From an uncultured virus (IMG/VR IMGVR_UViG_3300045911_000603) (Duplodnaviria; Heunggongvirae; Uroviricota; Caudoviricetes): a stretch of 55,073 nt of DNA. Where the stretch lies: IMG/VR virus record IMGVR_UViG_3300045911_000603; one strand, given 5' to 3'. This document shows, piece after piece, positions 17,308 to 28,226 of this stretch; position 1 is the stretch's first letter; every line of letters begins with the position of its first letter. The notes under the pieces were generated by a model, which was not told the origin of the DNA, searched no databases, and was given only the letters and a program-made list of their open reading frames with translations. Position numbers and translations under genes: made by a program.

Positions 17308-18662
17308 CAACAGTGAGATTGCTTTTGCTGGTCAGCGTCGTGCAGATTTTTTGGGGGATGGGAGCGATGGCCACCAATCCTCGGATATTGCGACTCCCGC
17401 TGGACGAAAACACGGCGTATTCCATCCCGGCCAACCCGATGGTGACAACCACTTTGCGGTTCCCTCTGCCAATCACCGATCTGAACGGTGCCGGATTCAT
17501 CATGGAGGATGATGGCGCAAGCACCATCCTGCCGGAAGGACAGTCTGAACCACCGCCGCCGCAGGGGGACTACCTGGTTCGCTGGCCGGAGGGTATGAAC
17601 TACTTCTCGGTGACTCCTCGCACGGAGAAGGCTCCCGCGCGCAACCTCAATGTGGTCGTCTCTGGCCGGATTTTTACCATCGAGTTCCGGCCTATTCCCG
17701 TCGGGGAAATGACGCCTGCCGTGGTCTTTTTTGATGATGACTCGAAGCTGTGGCAACGACCGTTTGGAGAGCCATTGGTGTCGCGCACAAAAACTCCACC
17801 GGCAAGTCCATTTCAACCAACAGGAGCCGCCCAACTGCTAGGCACCCTGGACACAATGCGAATGATTGCGGCCTTGGAAGATAATCCCTCAGCCATGGCC
17901 GATCTAGTGGCGCAGATTCCAGGAGCATCTCTGTTCGTCCATGATCCCCCGCTTCCCACGGATAACGGACCAGTCACGGTCGAAATCAAGCGGGTATTGC
18001 GCCTGGATCAGCGCGATGTGCTCGTGTTCGATCTTGGGGTGCGCAATAACTCATCCAGTCCGGTCCTTCTGGATGTGGAATCCTTCACCTTCAGCGTAGG
18101 AACCATGCCACCAATGCAGCAAGTAGTCGCGGATATTGCCCCGTTGGTCATGCCTGGCACCGAGTCTCGCGGATTTGTGGCCATAATCGGAACCCCGGAG
18201 GGAACAGCCAACCGACTTGCACCTGACAACGATTTTCGCGTTGGAGTGGATGTCATCTCCGGAGGGATGGCATCGAACGACCCGGATTTTCGAGGGAAGG
18301 AATACTTCACAACGCAACCCCCCACACCCAAGCCCACACCCACACCTACACCCAAGCCCACACCCACGCCTACGCCTACGCCTACGCCTACGCCTACGCC
18401 CACGCCTACGCCTACGCCCACGCCTACGCCCACGCCAACGCCCACGCCTACGCCCACGCCAACACCAACGCCTACGCCCAAAGCCCCTGTCTTTGAGTCA
18501 CAAATTAAAATCGAGAATGGGGTGCAGGTATTGCCTGCCATTCCCGTAAATCCTGCTGCTCAGATCATGGTTGCCCCAGGGCCCGTGAACAATGATGGTA
18601 ATAATAGCCGCGTGATTGATGAAAGTCTCAAAGTGACAATCAGGGCGAACAATCAACAATAA
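17304..18662 (+). CDS. VirB9/TraN-like secreted T4SS component with a long Pro-Thr linker
   Basis: Signal peptide, TTTLRFPLPI and RNLNVVVSGRIFTIEF beta-rich motifs, (PT)n tract. Confidence 0.55.
   Translation: MTTVRLLLLVSVVQIFWGMGAMATNPRILRLPLDENTAYSIPANPMVTTTLRFPLPITDLNGAGFIMEDDGASTILPEGQSEPPPPQGDYLVRWPEGMNYFSVTPRTEKAPARNLNVVVSGRIFTIEFRPIPVGEMTPAVVFFDDDSKLWQRPFGEPLVSRTKTPPASPFQPTGAAQLLGTLDTMRMIAALEDNPSAMADLVAQIPGASLFVHDPPLPTDNGPVTVEIKRVLRLDQRDVLVFDLGVRNNSSSPVLLDVESFTFSVGTMPPMQQVVADIAPLVMPGTESRGFVAIIGTPEGTANRLAPDNDFRVGVDVISGGMASNDPDFRGKEYFTTQPPTPKPTPTPTPKPTPTPTPTPTPTPTPTPTPTPTPTPTPTPTPTPTPTPTPTPKAPVFESQIKIENGVQVLPAIPVNPAAQIMVAPGPVNNDGNNSRVIDESLKVTIRANNQQ
18321..18480 (+). repeat. Hexamer tandem repeat (CCYACR)n encoding Pro-Thr
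   Basis: Direct reading of the sequence. Confidence 0.95.
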
Positions 18663-18674
18663 CCGCGACTCAAG

Positions 18675-19085
18675 ATGAAGAAAATCATGCGAATATCACG
18701 ACGAAACAAGTCAGGCTATACCCTGATTGAAATTGCCGCAGCCATTGCTGTGATGGTTGCGCTGGCGGCCATTGTGATCGCCGCAGGACGAGGCTATGCC
18801 AACTGGTCAGATGGCAAGCAGGCCGCAGATGCCCTCCGTGCAGTGGAGGCGGCTCGCAGGCTTTACTTGGCCGACAATCCGTATGCCGACGTGAACTTCC
18901 TCAACCAAGCCAACCTGCTGCCGTATCTGCCGGGCAATGTATGGCCCACATTGCCGTCCGTTGCCGGAGGAACACTCACCATTCATTTCACCACGCCCAA
19001 TCAACCCCCCACCTTGCGGCTTGGTGGAAGTGTGTATGACCCTTCACCCTCAACCACCGATGGCGTATGGGATGTAGGAAGATAG
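18675..19085 (+). CDS. Type IV prepilin (probable major pilin)
   Basis: Basic leader plus GYTLIEIAAAIAVMVALAAI class III signal. Confidence 0.9.
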   Translation: MKKIMRISRRNKSGYTLIEIAAAIAVMVALAAIVIAAGRGYANWSDGKQAADALRAVEAARRLYLADNPYADVNFLNQANLLPYLPGNVWPTLPSVAGGTLTIHFTTPNQPPTLRLGGSVYDPSPSTTDGVWDVGR

Positions 19086-19513
19086 CAAATTATCGTCGTT
19101 CGGGTTCGATTCTGATCGAGGCGGCAGTGGCCGCAGGCATCCTTGCAGGCATTGCCCTGTTTGCTCTCCGCACGGTGTCCTCGGCAGCGCAGGTCAATCG
19201 GAGTGCGGCGGTGGCTGCACTATCCGAAGCCCATGCGGATATTCGGGCCGGGGAGATTCGGCGGATTCCCTTGTCTCAACTCATGGATCCTGTGTCGCCC
19301 GCAGTTCCTACCACGGTGCGAACCTTTAATGCTGTTCCTCTCGGGCAGTTATACGGAGTGCCCGTTTTGGGTTCTCGCCGCGAACTCCGGCAGGTCGAAG
19401 AGGATGCGGTCGCAAGATTGCGGACCCATACCATCTTCATCGGGGTCCAATATACGGTGAATAACCGCAATTATGTCAAAACCAGGGTCGTTCGCAGGTA
19501 TGAAAGCTACTAA
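19067..19513 (+). CDS. Minor pilin (PilV/GspI-like)
   Basis: RRSGSILIEAAVAAGIL class III signal. Confidence 0.8.
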   Translation: MGCRKIANYRRSGSILIEAAVAAGILAGIALFALRTVSSAAQVNRSAAVAALSEAHADIRAGEIRRIPLSQLMDPVSPAVPTTVRTFNAVPLGQLYGVPVLGSRRELRQVEEDAVARLRTHTIFIGVQYTVNNRNYVKTRVVRRYESY

Positions 19514-20027
19514 AAGAGGCTACACTCTGGTAGAACTTGCCGCAGGGGTGGCGATCTTGCTCGTCATCGCGTTGATCCTGACGAGCATGGTCAACACCAC
19601 GGTGCATACCCTCGCAACCGCCCGGCGGGATGCGAACCTTGCGGGGGAGGCAGCCATCCTTCAAGGGGTGATTCAACGACTGGTCGGTCCCGTCATCATT
19701 TACAGCGTGCATACTTCTTACGCCGATGCGCAAACGGGGGCCAACGCCCAATCATCAGGAGCCTGGTTGCGACTGGTGTATGCCCCTCTCGCACCAGGAA
19801 GCCCCTTTCGCCCTGCCATTGTGGGACTCAATGGAGGCAATTTGGGATTCTACCGCGCAAACCCCGCGAGCGGAAGCTGGCCTGCGGAAAATGCTCCCAA
19901 CTGGATTGCGGCCCGCAACCTGGGAGGAATCTCGTTCGATGGCACCAACATGATGTTGCGCATGAGTCTTACCTGGAACCCCGGGCCCACTCAAACCATC
20001 TACACCGTGGGCATTGATCCACTCTAA
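19500..20027 (+). CDS. Minor pilin (PilW/GspJ-like)
   Basis: KRGYTLVELAAGVAILLVIAL. Confidence 0.85.
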   Translation: MKATKRGYTLVELAAGVAILLVIALILTSMVNTTVHTLATARRDANLAGEAAILQGVIQRLVGPVIIYSVHTSYADAQTGANAQSSGAWLRLVYAPLAPGSPFRPAIVGLNGGNLGFYRANPASGSWPAENAPNWIAARNLGGISFDGTNMMLRMSLTWNPGPTQTIYTVGIDPL

Positions 20028-20030
20028 TTT

Positions 20031-21776
20031 ATGCGCAGAGTAACCCGACAATCGAACTCAGGAGGAGCCGTCATAATCCTTGTGCTGGTGATGGCTCTGG
20101 TCATTATTCTTCTAACCACAGCGTTTTACCGGGAAGCACTTCGCGGCCAAAACATTGCGGTCAGCGCATCCATATCCTCCGAGGTGCAGGCCCGCAATGA
20201 CCTGGTGGGACGATGGCTCATGGCTGCCATCCCTCGCTATATCCAGACGCAGATGCAACAGCCCGGAGGAATTGGCAACAACGACCGCAATGGTTTTATT
20301 TCGACAGGGCAAGGCTCTGCCTTGCTGGCCACCATGCCTCCCTATTCTGCCGCGCAGACCATGACCACCTTGGGATTCGGCACCGACCACATTCCCGGCG
20401 ATGCGGGCCAACTTGGTGCTCCCCAAGCGGTCATGGTGGGATCGGCAAATCAGAGTGCCCCCGCCAACTACAACATCCTGGTGCGATCCTTGGCGAACTA
20501 CACCACCGGCGACCTGATTCCTGTGCCGCAGGCTCTCTTTGCCTTGCGACCTCCGGGGGGAACCTTCGTGGCCCGTCAGTATGAATACACGGCCAATACG
20601 ACATTTTCCATCGGGGCCGACAGTTTCTTCACGGGCACACGAGCTGCGGCCAACCCGTTGCGCAATCGTCGCATCACTCTGTATGAGGTGCCGATGCAAT
20701 CAGCCATCACGGCCGACGCGATGTTGCAACTAAACTCCAGCCCTGGCGTGAATCTGGCTGGCGGGGTGGTGGCCACGGAGGTCAATCTAACGGGAGGCAA
20801 CGTGGAGGGGAATCTCGCGGCTACTCGCAGAGTCAATGTCAATCCCGGGGCCACCGTGCGGGGAGCACCCGTCAACCTTCCATCCAACTACGGCACGGAA
20901 GTCTATGCCCCCGGAGGTATCTTGGCCGACCGACGCATTTCCACATCTGGCGATGCGGGCCGCACGCTCTTCTTACGGATCAACCGGGGTCTGCAATATT
21001 ACTCGTCGGTGGCATCCCCGACGAATTGGGATCTCTACACGCTGCCTTTTTACCGTTGCTCGGTTCGCATCGTGGTCAATTCTTCCACGGCCACAGCAAC
21101 CAGTGTCACAATCTCGGTCCACAACCCTTCGACGGTGGATGGTATGACATCCGCCATTGTTTCGCGCACAGCGCAAAGCAATCAAGCGACATGGAACACG
21201 CAGGGATTCAGCAACTTTCTCTCCATTGAGCAGACCACGGCCAACCCTTCTGATCCCCGCCGGATTCTGCGGATTGATCCTGTCGCCATGGCGACGACCG
21301 TGAGCGGCTGGCCTGGTGTGGCCGCATCGTTTGGAGGAACCCTGGCCAGTCAACGGGCTGCGCTCAACAAGGTGTATGTGGGTCTTTCCCCCAATTCCCT
21401 GCCCACCCCCGACACGGTTGGCGACCTGGGAGTGACCTTGGGCAATGCCAACGACTTGAGCATTTTCACCAACGGATTCTCCTTGGTCACGCGGCATCGG
21501 TTCTATTTCACTGGCCCATTTAACACCACTGGATTGGCAGCATCCATCATTGCGCCACAACTCCGATTCGGCGCGGACGCCGCACCGCAACCCGTCACTA
21601 TCGAAGGACGCATGGGCTTTGTGGGAGCATCTGGCACCGTGCAGCCCCATCAATTACGACATGGTTCCGGATCCACGGTGTCCACTCGCACACTCAATCT
21701 CTCGGATGCCATGACGGTTTCGCAGATCCCTCCCATTGTGCCCGTGGATTGGTTTCTGGTCCTCGAAGAACTCTAA
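20031..21776 (+). CDS. Large PilX/GspK-like tip pilin or adhesin
   Basis: GGAVIILVLVMALVIILL signal lacking Glu5; large T/S/N/G-rich extracellular domain. Confidence 0.75.
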   Translation: MRRVTRQSNSGGAVIILVLVMALVIILLTTAFYREALRGQNIAVSASISSEVQARNDLVGRWLMAAIPRYIQTQMQQPGGIGNNDRNGFISTGQGSALLATMPPYSAAQTMTTLGFGTDHIPGDAGQLGAPQAVMVGSANQSAPANYNILVRSLANYTTGDLIPVPQALFALRPPGGTFVARQYEYTANTTFSIGADSFFTGTRAAANPLRNRRITLYEVPMQSAITADAMLQLNSSPGVNLAGGVVATEVNLTGGNVEGNLAATRRVNVNPGATVRGAPVNLPSNYGTEVYAPGGILADRRISTSGDAGRTLFLRINRGLQYYSSVASPTNWDLYTLPFYRCSVRIVVNSSTATATSVTISVHNPSTVDGMTSAIVSRTAQSNQATWNTQGFSNFLSIEQTTANPSDPRRILRIDPVAMATTVSGWPGVAASFGGTLASQRAALNKVYVGLSPNSLPTPDTVGDLGVTLGNANDLSIFTNGFSLVTRHRFYFTGPFNTTGLAASIIAPQLRFGADAAPQPVTIEGRMGFVGASGTVQPHQLRHGSGSTVSTRTLNLSDAMTVSQIPPIVPVDWFLVLEEL

Positions 21777-21791
21777 CCCAAGCCAACCTCT

Positions 21792-23198
21792 ATGCCCATA
21801 GTTCACCTAACTGGCTCGCCCCTCGATCCAGCCGCCAAGCAGGAGGCCACGCCTCCACCTCTCCCACGACCCGAAGGAGAAGATCATCCCGATCTGCCGG
21901 ATGAACCCACACCCCCTCCTGCAATAACAAGAATTCCGGCAACGATCCCTCTGGATGGGGCGGATCTCACGGGCTTCACCATCGCCAACATCGAAAGCCT
22001 CTCCAAAGATTTGCTGGAGCAAGTAATCTCCGAGGGGGGAGTCCTCATCAACGAGATACTGCAAGCGTGCCCTGCTGGCACCTCGGACATTCAAATACGA
22101 ACCGATGGGTTTGTGCGCTTCCACACCAACACAGGGATTGAGATCATGCGCGATGTGCCGCGCCTGCCCGCCACGCACGTGCTGGCCATGCTGCTGGCCT
22201 TGCTGCGAAGCCGGACGACCATGCCCCTCGAAGAGGGAGGGGTGGGCGAGGGGGAAATCGCCATGTTGCGTCGGCTCCAAAACAACAAGTGCTTGGATTT
22301 TGCCGTGGAAGGCGGCAACCTGCTCTCGGGACTCATTACCAAGGGAAGATTGCGCCTCCAAGCATTCTTCTCCAACTCGGGCCTGGCTATGACCGCCCGC
22401 ATCCTCCAGGATAAGCCGCCCTCGCTGGAGAGCCTTGGCTTTGCCAAGGACTTTGTCGCCATCATGCAGCAAATGGTGCTCAAACGCTCCGGCCTGTGCT
22501 TGGTTACCGGCGTCACAGGATCGGGCAAGACGACCACCCTGGCTGCGCTCATCGAATGGGTGAAGTGCAACCACGACCGACATATTGTGTCTCTCGAAGA
22601 ACCGATTGAATATCGCTATTCGGATTGTGATGCAGATGGCCGCCCCACGGCAGGATTCGTAACCCAACAGGAAGTAGGCTCGGAAATCCTGAGTTTTTCC
22701 AAAGGGCTCGTGGATGCCCTGCGCAAACGTCCACACATTATCCTCGTCGGGGAAATCAGGGACGCCGAAACCATGGAGGCTGCTTTCCGAGCGGTTATGA
22801 CCGGGCACCTGGTCCTTGGCACCTTGCACACTCAAAGCGCATCGCGCACCATTGCCCGCATAATCGACCTGTTTCCGTCAGACCGCACAGAATCCATCCT
22901 CAATCAATTGGCGGATTCGATTCGGTTTATCTTGAGCCAGGGATTATTGCCTGCGGCCCAAGGACATTCAGGAAAGGTTCTCGCCTACGAGTTCTTCGCC
23001 TGCACGGATGATGCTGCCCGGTCCGCCATCCGGCAGTATAACAAGGATGACGTGCGCTTGGAGGAGGCCATCGCCCGCAGTGGCAACATCCTTTGGAGTG
23101 CCTGCCTGCGCCTCCTCGTCAACGAGGGGCGCATCACCCCGCAAACGGAGATGGAGAATTCCATCCGCCGCAGCAAGAATCATGCGGAGTTGGCCTGA
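21792..23198 (+). CDS. pilT: Type IV pilus retraction ATPase PilT/PilU family
   Basis: TGVTGSGKTTTL, SLEEPIEY, QQEVG, ALRKRP.IILVGEIRD.ET, TGHLVLGTLHT. Confidence 0.9.
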   Translation: MPIVHLTGSPLDPAAKQEATPPPLPRPEGEDHPDLPDEPTPPPAITRIPATIPLDGADLTGFTIANIESLSKDLLEQVISEGGVLINEILQACPAGTSDIQIRTDGFVRFHTNTGIEIMRDVPRLPATHVLAMLLALLRSRTTMPLEEGGVGEGEIAMLRRLQNNKCLDFAVEGGNLLSGLITKGRLRLQAFFSNSGLAMTARILQDKPPSLESLGFAKDFVAIMQQMVLKRSGLCLVTGVTGSGKTTTLAALIEWVKCNHDRHIVSLEEPIEYRYSDCDADGRPTAGFVTQQEVGSEILSFSKGLVDALRKRPHIILVGEIRDAETMEAAFRAVMTGHLVLGTLHTQSASRTIARIIDLFPSDRTESILNQLADSIRFILSQGLLPAAQGHSGKVLAYEFFACTDDAARSAIRQYNKDDVRLEEAIARSGNILWSACLRLLVNEGRITPQTEMENSIRRSKNHAELA

Positions 23199-23223
23199 AT
23201 TTGCAGCCGGTTTATCGCAAAAA

Positions 23224-23239
23224 ACTTTACTTGTTGAGT
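23224..23239 (+). promoter_or_regulatory. Operator motif upstream of the pilM-like gene
   Basis: ACTTTACTTGTTGAGT. Confidence 0.6.
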
Positions 23240-23264
23240 AAAATGCTGTTTTTTCCGTTACCGC

Positions 23265-25112
23265 ATGAGCCAGTCACAACCCTATAAAACCGCCGCCGCG
23301 AACACATCGCTCGGACGATTTCTGAATCCCGCCACCTGGCTCCCTGCCTTTCGGATGCCACTCCGGTTGCATATCTGGACAGACGGATCATCGGTTCGCA
23401 CAGCGGTCTATTTCCAAGGCAGATGGACGCAGGGGCCGGATATTGATTACCAGGAAACCAAAGAAGGCGATATTCTGGCCGTGCATGTCAGGGAAATCGC
23501 GGAACGAGGATATGGCGGCAAACGGGTTTCCGGCATCGGGGTAATTCTGCATGTGGCCGATGAGTTGGCCACCTGTCCACTGCGGGACGAATTTTTGGAG
23601 GAAAGCGAACTGCGCTATGCCCAGACAGCCATCCTCACCGAACCGCAAACCATCGTGGACGATATTGCCTCTCCCGAAGAAAACGTCTGGCGCATTCTGC
23701 CGTTGGCCCGCAAGCAAACTCTGGCCATTCGTCTATCGGCGGAGCGTGGTCGCATTCTGGCCAATCTGCGGAGTGCCCTGGCCACCATGTCCAAACGCTC
23801 GCGCCACAGAACTCCCATTCGGGTTGCGATGGTGAGTTCCCCATTGGTGGCTATTTCTACTCTGCCGATCTACTACCGTCCTGACAACGCCGCAACTTCC
23901 CGCACACACATTCTCTGTCTTGTCTATCCACGTTTTACCACCATCACCGTCATCGACGGGGCGGGCGATGTCGTTGAGTTCAACGCCCTCTCCCACGGAG
24001 TGCGCAGTAACCCGCAAGGGTTTGCCCAGCGGGTGCAAAACCACATCACAAAATACGGGACGGAAACCGAGCAACGCACCAATCTGACATTGGTGCAAAT
24101 GGGGCGAAACGACCTCCAACCATTCATTGAGGATATACGGCACCAGGCCGCAGGAGCGGCCGAAGTGTTCCGGGATGTGCGCATTGAAGTCATCAACGAG
24201 GAGGAACTGCGCGAAATCTCCGTGCAGCGCAATCTCCCCGGAGCGGAGTGGTTTTGCCCCGAGTTCTGCGCCTACGATCTGCCTGTCGATGCTGCCACAT
24301 GCCGAATGTCGTGCATCAATCAGGAAGCCTTTGCGCAGATCCGCGCCGCCGCAGAGGCCAATTTTTACACACCTCAAATCATGGCGGATAAAGCCAGCTT
24401 CAGCAAAGGCGAATCCCTCGCATTCCTTCTCCTTGGTTGGTGGAATTGGCTGGCGGCAATCGTCCTGCTGATACTAGCCGCTCTCTCTGGATTCTCTGCG
24501 ATGATGGCAATCCGTTCGCCCGCATGGAAATTGAATCAGGAGAAAGCTGCTGAAGTGGAGCAGATTCGTCAGCGCATCCTTGCCACCAATGCGTCCTTGG
24601 AGAGTTGGCGGGAAATAATGCGCCCTCGATCTCATGGATGGGAGGCAATGGAGTTCTTGCACCGATTGTTTCCCGATTCCGCGCCTGTGGTTCTGCGCAA
24701 GATGCGTCTGGAGATTCGGGGATTGGCTCCCGACCAGTCCGGCGAAACGACACCTGCCAAGATCGGGTTCCTGCGCAACTGGTCATTTGAGGGGTTAGCC
24801 GGGAGCGATGGACTCTCATCCATCGAAGCAGAGGCCATTGCCGAGTCCTATCAATCCGTAGCCGATGGCCAAGCGGATTCGACCTACCAACTGGAAAATC
24901 GACGCCTGACCATGGACATCAAACAGGAGCGGATGCCGGTCGATTTAGTCAACCGGATGCCGATGGAAACCAAATGGCAAGCGGTCATCTCCGACCGCAT
25001 CGAAGAAGCCAGCGGGCACGCCATGCCTCTGAAAATGATGCCGCTGCCGCAACTCGATGAAGCAACCATTGCCGGTTGGGAGAATCTAATATTGCAACAA
25101 AACCAACCATGA
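23265..25112 (+). CDS. PilM/PilN-like (GspL-like) alignment protein
   Basis: Cytoplasmic domain, single TM, coiled coil and periplasmic domain; position in the cluster. Confidence 0.55.
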   Translation: MSQSQPYKTAAANTSLGRFLNPATWLPAFRMPLRLHIWTDGSSVRTAVYFQGRWTQGPDIDYQETKEGDILAVHVREIAERGYGGKRVSGIGVILHVADELATCPLRDEFLEESELRYAQTAILTEPQTIVDDIASPEENVWRILPLARKQTLAIRLSAERGRILANLRSALATMSKRSRHRTPIRVAMVSSPLVAISTLPIYYRPDNAATSRTHILCLVYPRFTTITVIDGAGDVVEFNALSHGVRSNPQGFAQRVQNHITKYGTETEQRTNLTLVQMGRNDLQPFIEDIRHQAAGAAEVFRDVRIEVINEEELREISVQRNLPGAEWFCPEFCAYDLPVDAATCRMSCINQEAFAQIRAAAEANFYTPQIMADKASFSKGESLAFLLLGWWNWLAAIVLLILAALSGFSAMMAIRSPAWKLNQEKAAEVEQIRQRILATNASLESWREIMRPRSHGWEAMEFLHRLFPDSAPVVLRKMRLEIRGLAPDQSGETTPAKIGFLRNWSFEGLAGSDGLSSIEAEAIAESYQSVADGQADSTYQLENRRLTMDIKQERMPVDLVNRMPMETKWQAVISDRIEEASGHAMPLKMMPLPQLDEATIAGWENLILQQNQP

Positions 25113-25684
25113 AGTTCGCAGGGCAAATCTTTCTTCGACGCTTCCTAATTCCGTTAGGATTGATGGCAATTCTTGCCTTGGGCGGATTATTCGTGTTCGG
25201 GCAGTTCGCCCTGACCCTCGCCGCCAAACAGGAGGCTTATGAGCAATATGAGAATGGCAAGCAATTCATCGCCCTTTCCACAGACAATCTGCGCGGGGAA
25301 CTGCCGCAGATGGACTACCTGCGCTGGCAAAACTCGCAGGATGCCTCCACCTTGGTTAAGGCCACCCTTGACCGCATTCTGAAAGAATCGCGTCCAGGAT
25401 CCCTGATCAGGGAAAGCGTTAGCGTGACCCCTTCGGCCAACTTCCTCGGGTTCTTGCCGGAGTTCTCCGTGCATGAAGTGGAGGTAGCTTTGAGCGGAAA
25501 CTTCTCTGGACTGCAAAAAGCCCTGCTCACGCTGGAGACGATGCTGCCCAATCTCTTCCTCACGGAAATGTCGCTCGACTACCGGGAACCGGATTCCGGC
25601 ATGGGCAAGGAGAAGGAGCATATCTTCGCCCGGGCGAAATATACCATGATCGGCAGCAATCCGAGTAAAAGCCCACAACCATGA
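25109..25684 (+). CDS. PilO/GspM-like protein
   Basis: N-terminal TM; VEVALSGNFSGLQKALLTLE ferredoxin-like motif. Confidence 0.65.
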   Translation: MKFAGQIFLRRFLIPLGLMAILALGGLFVFGQFALTLAAKQEAYEQYENGKQFIALSTDNLRGELPQMDYLRWQNSQDASTLVKATLDRILKESRPGSLIRESVSVTPSANFLGFLPEFSVHEVEVALSGNFSGLQKALLTLETMLPNLFLTEMSLDYREPDSGMGKEKEHIFARAKYTMIGSNPSKSPQP

Positions 25685-26226
25685 GATTCCTTCTTATAGC
25701 CATGATCTTCCTGCTGCTGGCTCGTCAAGGGGTTGTCGGGCAGAGCACCCCTGGGGAGTCCGATATGAGTCCCACGGTCAAGGCGATCCTCCAAGCCAAG
25801 GAGCGTCAGGCCGCCTCGCGAGCAGCATCACTGACCGCAAGCAACCGACTCCTCGACCCCTTCGGCATTGCTCCCAACCAGAACATAAACGAAGCCCGCT
25901 TCGCCCCGGATGACCAGAACCCATCCAACGATGCAGGTTCAATGGTTGCTCCCGTCCAGCAAGATATAACCTCCGCAGTGGCCTTGGCCAATCTCCCCAT
26001 TGACGGAATTGATCCATTCAATCGCGAGTTCTTCGTCGGACCTCACAACATCTACCAAGGCGATGTGATGACAGTCGGTTTCATGGGACGAACCTGGAAG
26101 TTCCTCGTCCAAGAGGTTCGCTCCACGGCCATCTTCTTCGAGGAGATGGAGACTGGCCAAGCCCATCGCGTGGATATTTCCATCATTCCCGAGACCTACG
26201 ATTTCCCGGTAATGGAAGCCCCGTAA
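25681..26226 (+). CDS. PilP/GspC-like periplasmic protein
   Basis: Signal peptide, DPF motif and beta-rich C-terminus; directly precedes the secretin. Confidence 0.55.
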   Translation: MRFLLIAMIFLLLARQGVVGQSTPGESDMSPTVKAILQAKERQAASRAASLTASNRLLDPFGIAPNQNINEARFAPDDQNPSNDAGSMVAPVQQDITSAVALANLPIDGIDPFNREFFVGPHNIYQGDVMTVGFMGRTWKFLVQEVRSTAIFFEEMETGQAHRVDISIIPETYDFPVMEAP

Positions 26227-26247
26227 TCCAAAAAGCAAAATACGACC

Positions 26248-28206
26248 ATGAGTAAAAAAATCACAACCCTTGCCGCCCTGATTACCATTGTCTGTGGCCT
26301 TTTGCCCTGGAACGCCGGAGCGCAGGAATCCCTGCAAGCTACCCCACCAGCCGAACAAGTCACCCCGGGCATTCCGGCAGAAACCCCGCCTGCATCACCC
26401 GCCCCCACCCCGATGGAGGAAATGGCCGAACCGAATGCTGCGCCCCCACCGCAATCCGCCCCTGCGCCTGCACCTGCTCCCCCCGTTCCCGTGGACGGGG
26501 AAGGGAATCCCATTCCTCCCCAACCATCCACCGTGACCGAAGTAAATCGACAGTATATGCCTGACTCACGTGATGCGGGACGATGGGTTAGAAGCAAGAG
26601 CCTCAACAGCGTGCTGCAAATCCTCGCCCGCAAGGCTGGGTATGGGTATTTCTCCAACCCCAAAATCGAAGATGCAGTGGTGACCGGACACCTTGCCAGT
26701 GTGGACCCCGTGGAGAATCTCCGCGATCTGGCCACCATGTATGCCCTTACTCTCTACAAGCGGGGATCTACCATCTATGCACTCACGCCCGAACAAGTGG
26801 CCTCCCTGCCGCGCCGAGAACTCATTTACCAACTTCGCTATTTGCGGGGAACCAGCGCGGAGGATCAGGAGCGCCTGCTCTCCCTGATTGAACCTCTGAT
26901 CTCCGAAAACGGTGCGGCACGCTTCGAGGCCAAGACCTCCACGTTAGTTGTCATCGACAACGAATATGCGCTGAACATGGTGCGGGATGTGCTCGAAGCC
27001 GTCGATGTTCCGAAACGCCAGGTGGCCATTGAGGTAAAAATCCTGCGCATCAACAACGACAACAGCCGCCGGGTCGGGGTGGACTGGAGCAACACCCTCG
27101 GCAAGCAAGGTCTAAGCATTTCTGCGACCGCAGTGGGCGAAGTGGGCAGTTTTGCCAACCAAGCAATCTTTGCGGATGCTACGTCGGTTCTACAAACTTT
27201 AGCTGGTGGTCAAAATGCGGGCCAAGCGGCTGCCGGAATTGCCAACCCAGGGATTGTTCCTGCTGACGGGGGCGGGGCCGGGGCCATTCCCACTCCGTCC
27301 TTGCCGCCTGCTGGCGTAAATGCCTTCTCCGGAGATGGCATCATCCTCAATCCATTGACCGTCACAGCCGTGGTCCGTGCCCTCATCGACTCCAACCTGG
27401 CCAAACAAACAGCCAGCCCGCGCATTGTCACGGAGGACAATGAAACCGCATCGTTTGGCATCATTGATTATGTTCCCATTGTTACGCAGACGGTTTCGCA
27501 GACAACCGGAGTGAACAACATTTCGACGGAGGTTTCGTATGATATAACGAGTGGAAAGGCTGAGGTCGATATTGGCGTATCCATCCAAGTCCAGCCCACC
27601 ATCCTGCCCGATGGAACCATTCGCATGCGCCTTCTGCCGAAGGTCGGAACGATCACATCTTTCGTAGAAGCTCCCACCGGAGTTGCTGGATTTGTGAACC
27701 GTTACCCGGTGGTCAATGAGGCCAAGGCAGAATCCATTGCGCGAATCCCGAACGGGTATAGCCTCCTCTTGAGTGGGTATTACCAACACGAGGATCGCGT
27801 CGAGAACAACAAGGTTCCTCTGCTGGGGGATCTGCCTCTCATCAGCTTTGCCTTCCGATCCTCCCAAACCACTCGTGTGCGAAGCAATTTGCTCTTTATC
27901 ATCACCCCGACGCTCTACGATGCCCACGACATCGAACAAACCGTCGAGCAAACCGAACGACTCCGCACGGCAGGACTAACCAACCGGATGGAAGCCACGA
28001 GTCCAGACCCGGCAGCCCCGGGGGAGAACACCGATCCCGATATTGTGCGATTTGTGCGCAATTTCTGGCCGGTCAAACCGAAAGCCCCTGCTCCCCAGCC
28101 GGATAATGTGCTCTACTATGATGAGGATGACCCCATCATCCAGACTCCACAACAAGTCAACCAGCAACGCATCCAGCAACGCATCCGTCGCGCCGAGGCT
28201 CCCTGA
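26248..28206 (+). CDS. Secretin (PilQ/GspD family)
   Basis: QVAIEVKIL, GVDW, SPRIVT.DNE.A and KVPLLGDLPLI..AFR...NLLFIITP. Confidence 0.93.
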   Translation: MSKKITTLAALITIVCGLLPWNAGAQESLQATPPAEQVTPGIPAETPPASPAPTPMEEMAEPNAAPPPQSAPAPAPAPPVPVDGEGNPIPPQPSTVTEVNRQYMPDSRDAGRWVRSKSLNSVLQILARKAGYGYFSNPKIEDAVVTGHLASVDPVENLRDLATMYALTLYKRGSTIYALTPEQVASLPRRELIYQLRYLRGTSAEDQERLLSLIEPLISENGAARFEAKTSTLVVIDNEYALNMVRDVLEAVDVPKRQVAIEVKILRINNDNSRRVGVDWSNTLGKQGLSISATAVGEVGSFANQAIFADATSVLQTLAGGQNAGQAAAGIANPGIVPADGGGAGAIPTPSLPPAGVNAFSGDGIILNPLTVTAVVRALIDSNLAKQTASPRIVTEDNETASFGIIDYVPIVTQTVSQTTGVNNISTEVSYDITSGKAEVDIGVSIQVQPTILPDGTIRMRLLPKVGTITSFVEAPTGVAGFVNRYPVVNEAKAESIARIPNGYSLLLSGYYQHEDRVENNKVPLLGDLPLISFAFRSSQTTRVRSNLLFIITPTLYDAHDIEQTVEQTERLRTAGLTNRMEATSPDPAAPGENTDPDIVRFVRNFWPVKPKAPAPQPDNVLYYDEDDPIIQTPQQVNQQRIQQRIRRAEAP

Positions 28207-28226
28207 GACGCCTCATCCATTATGCC

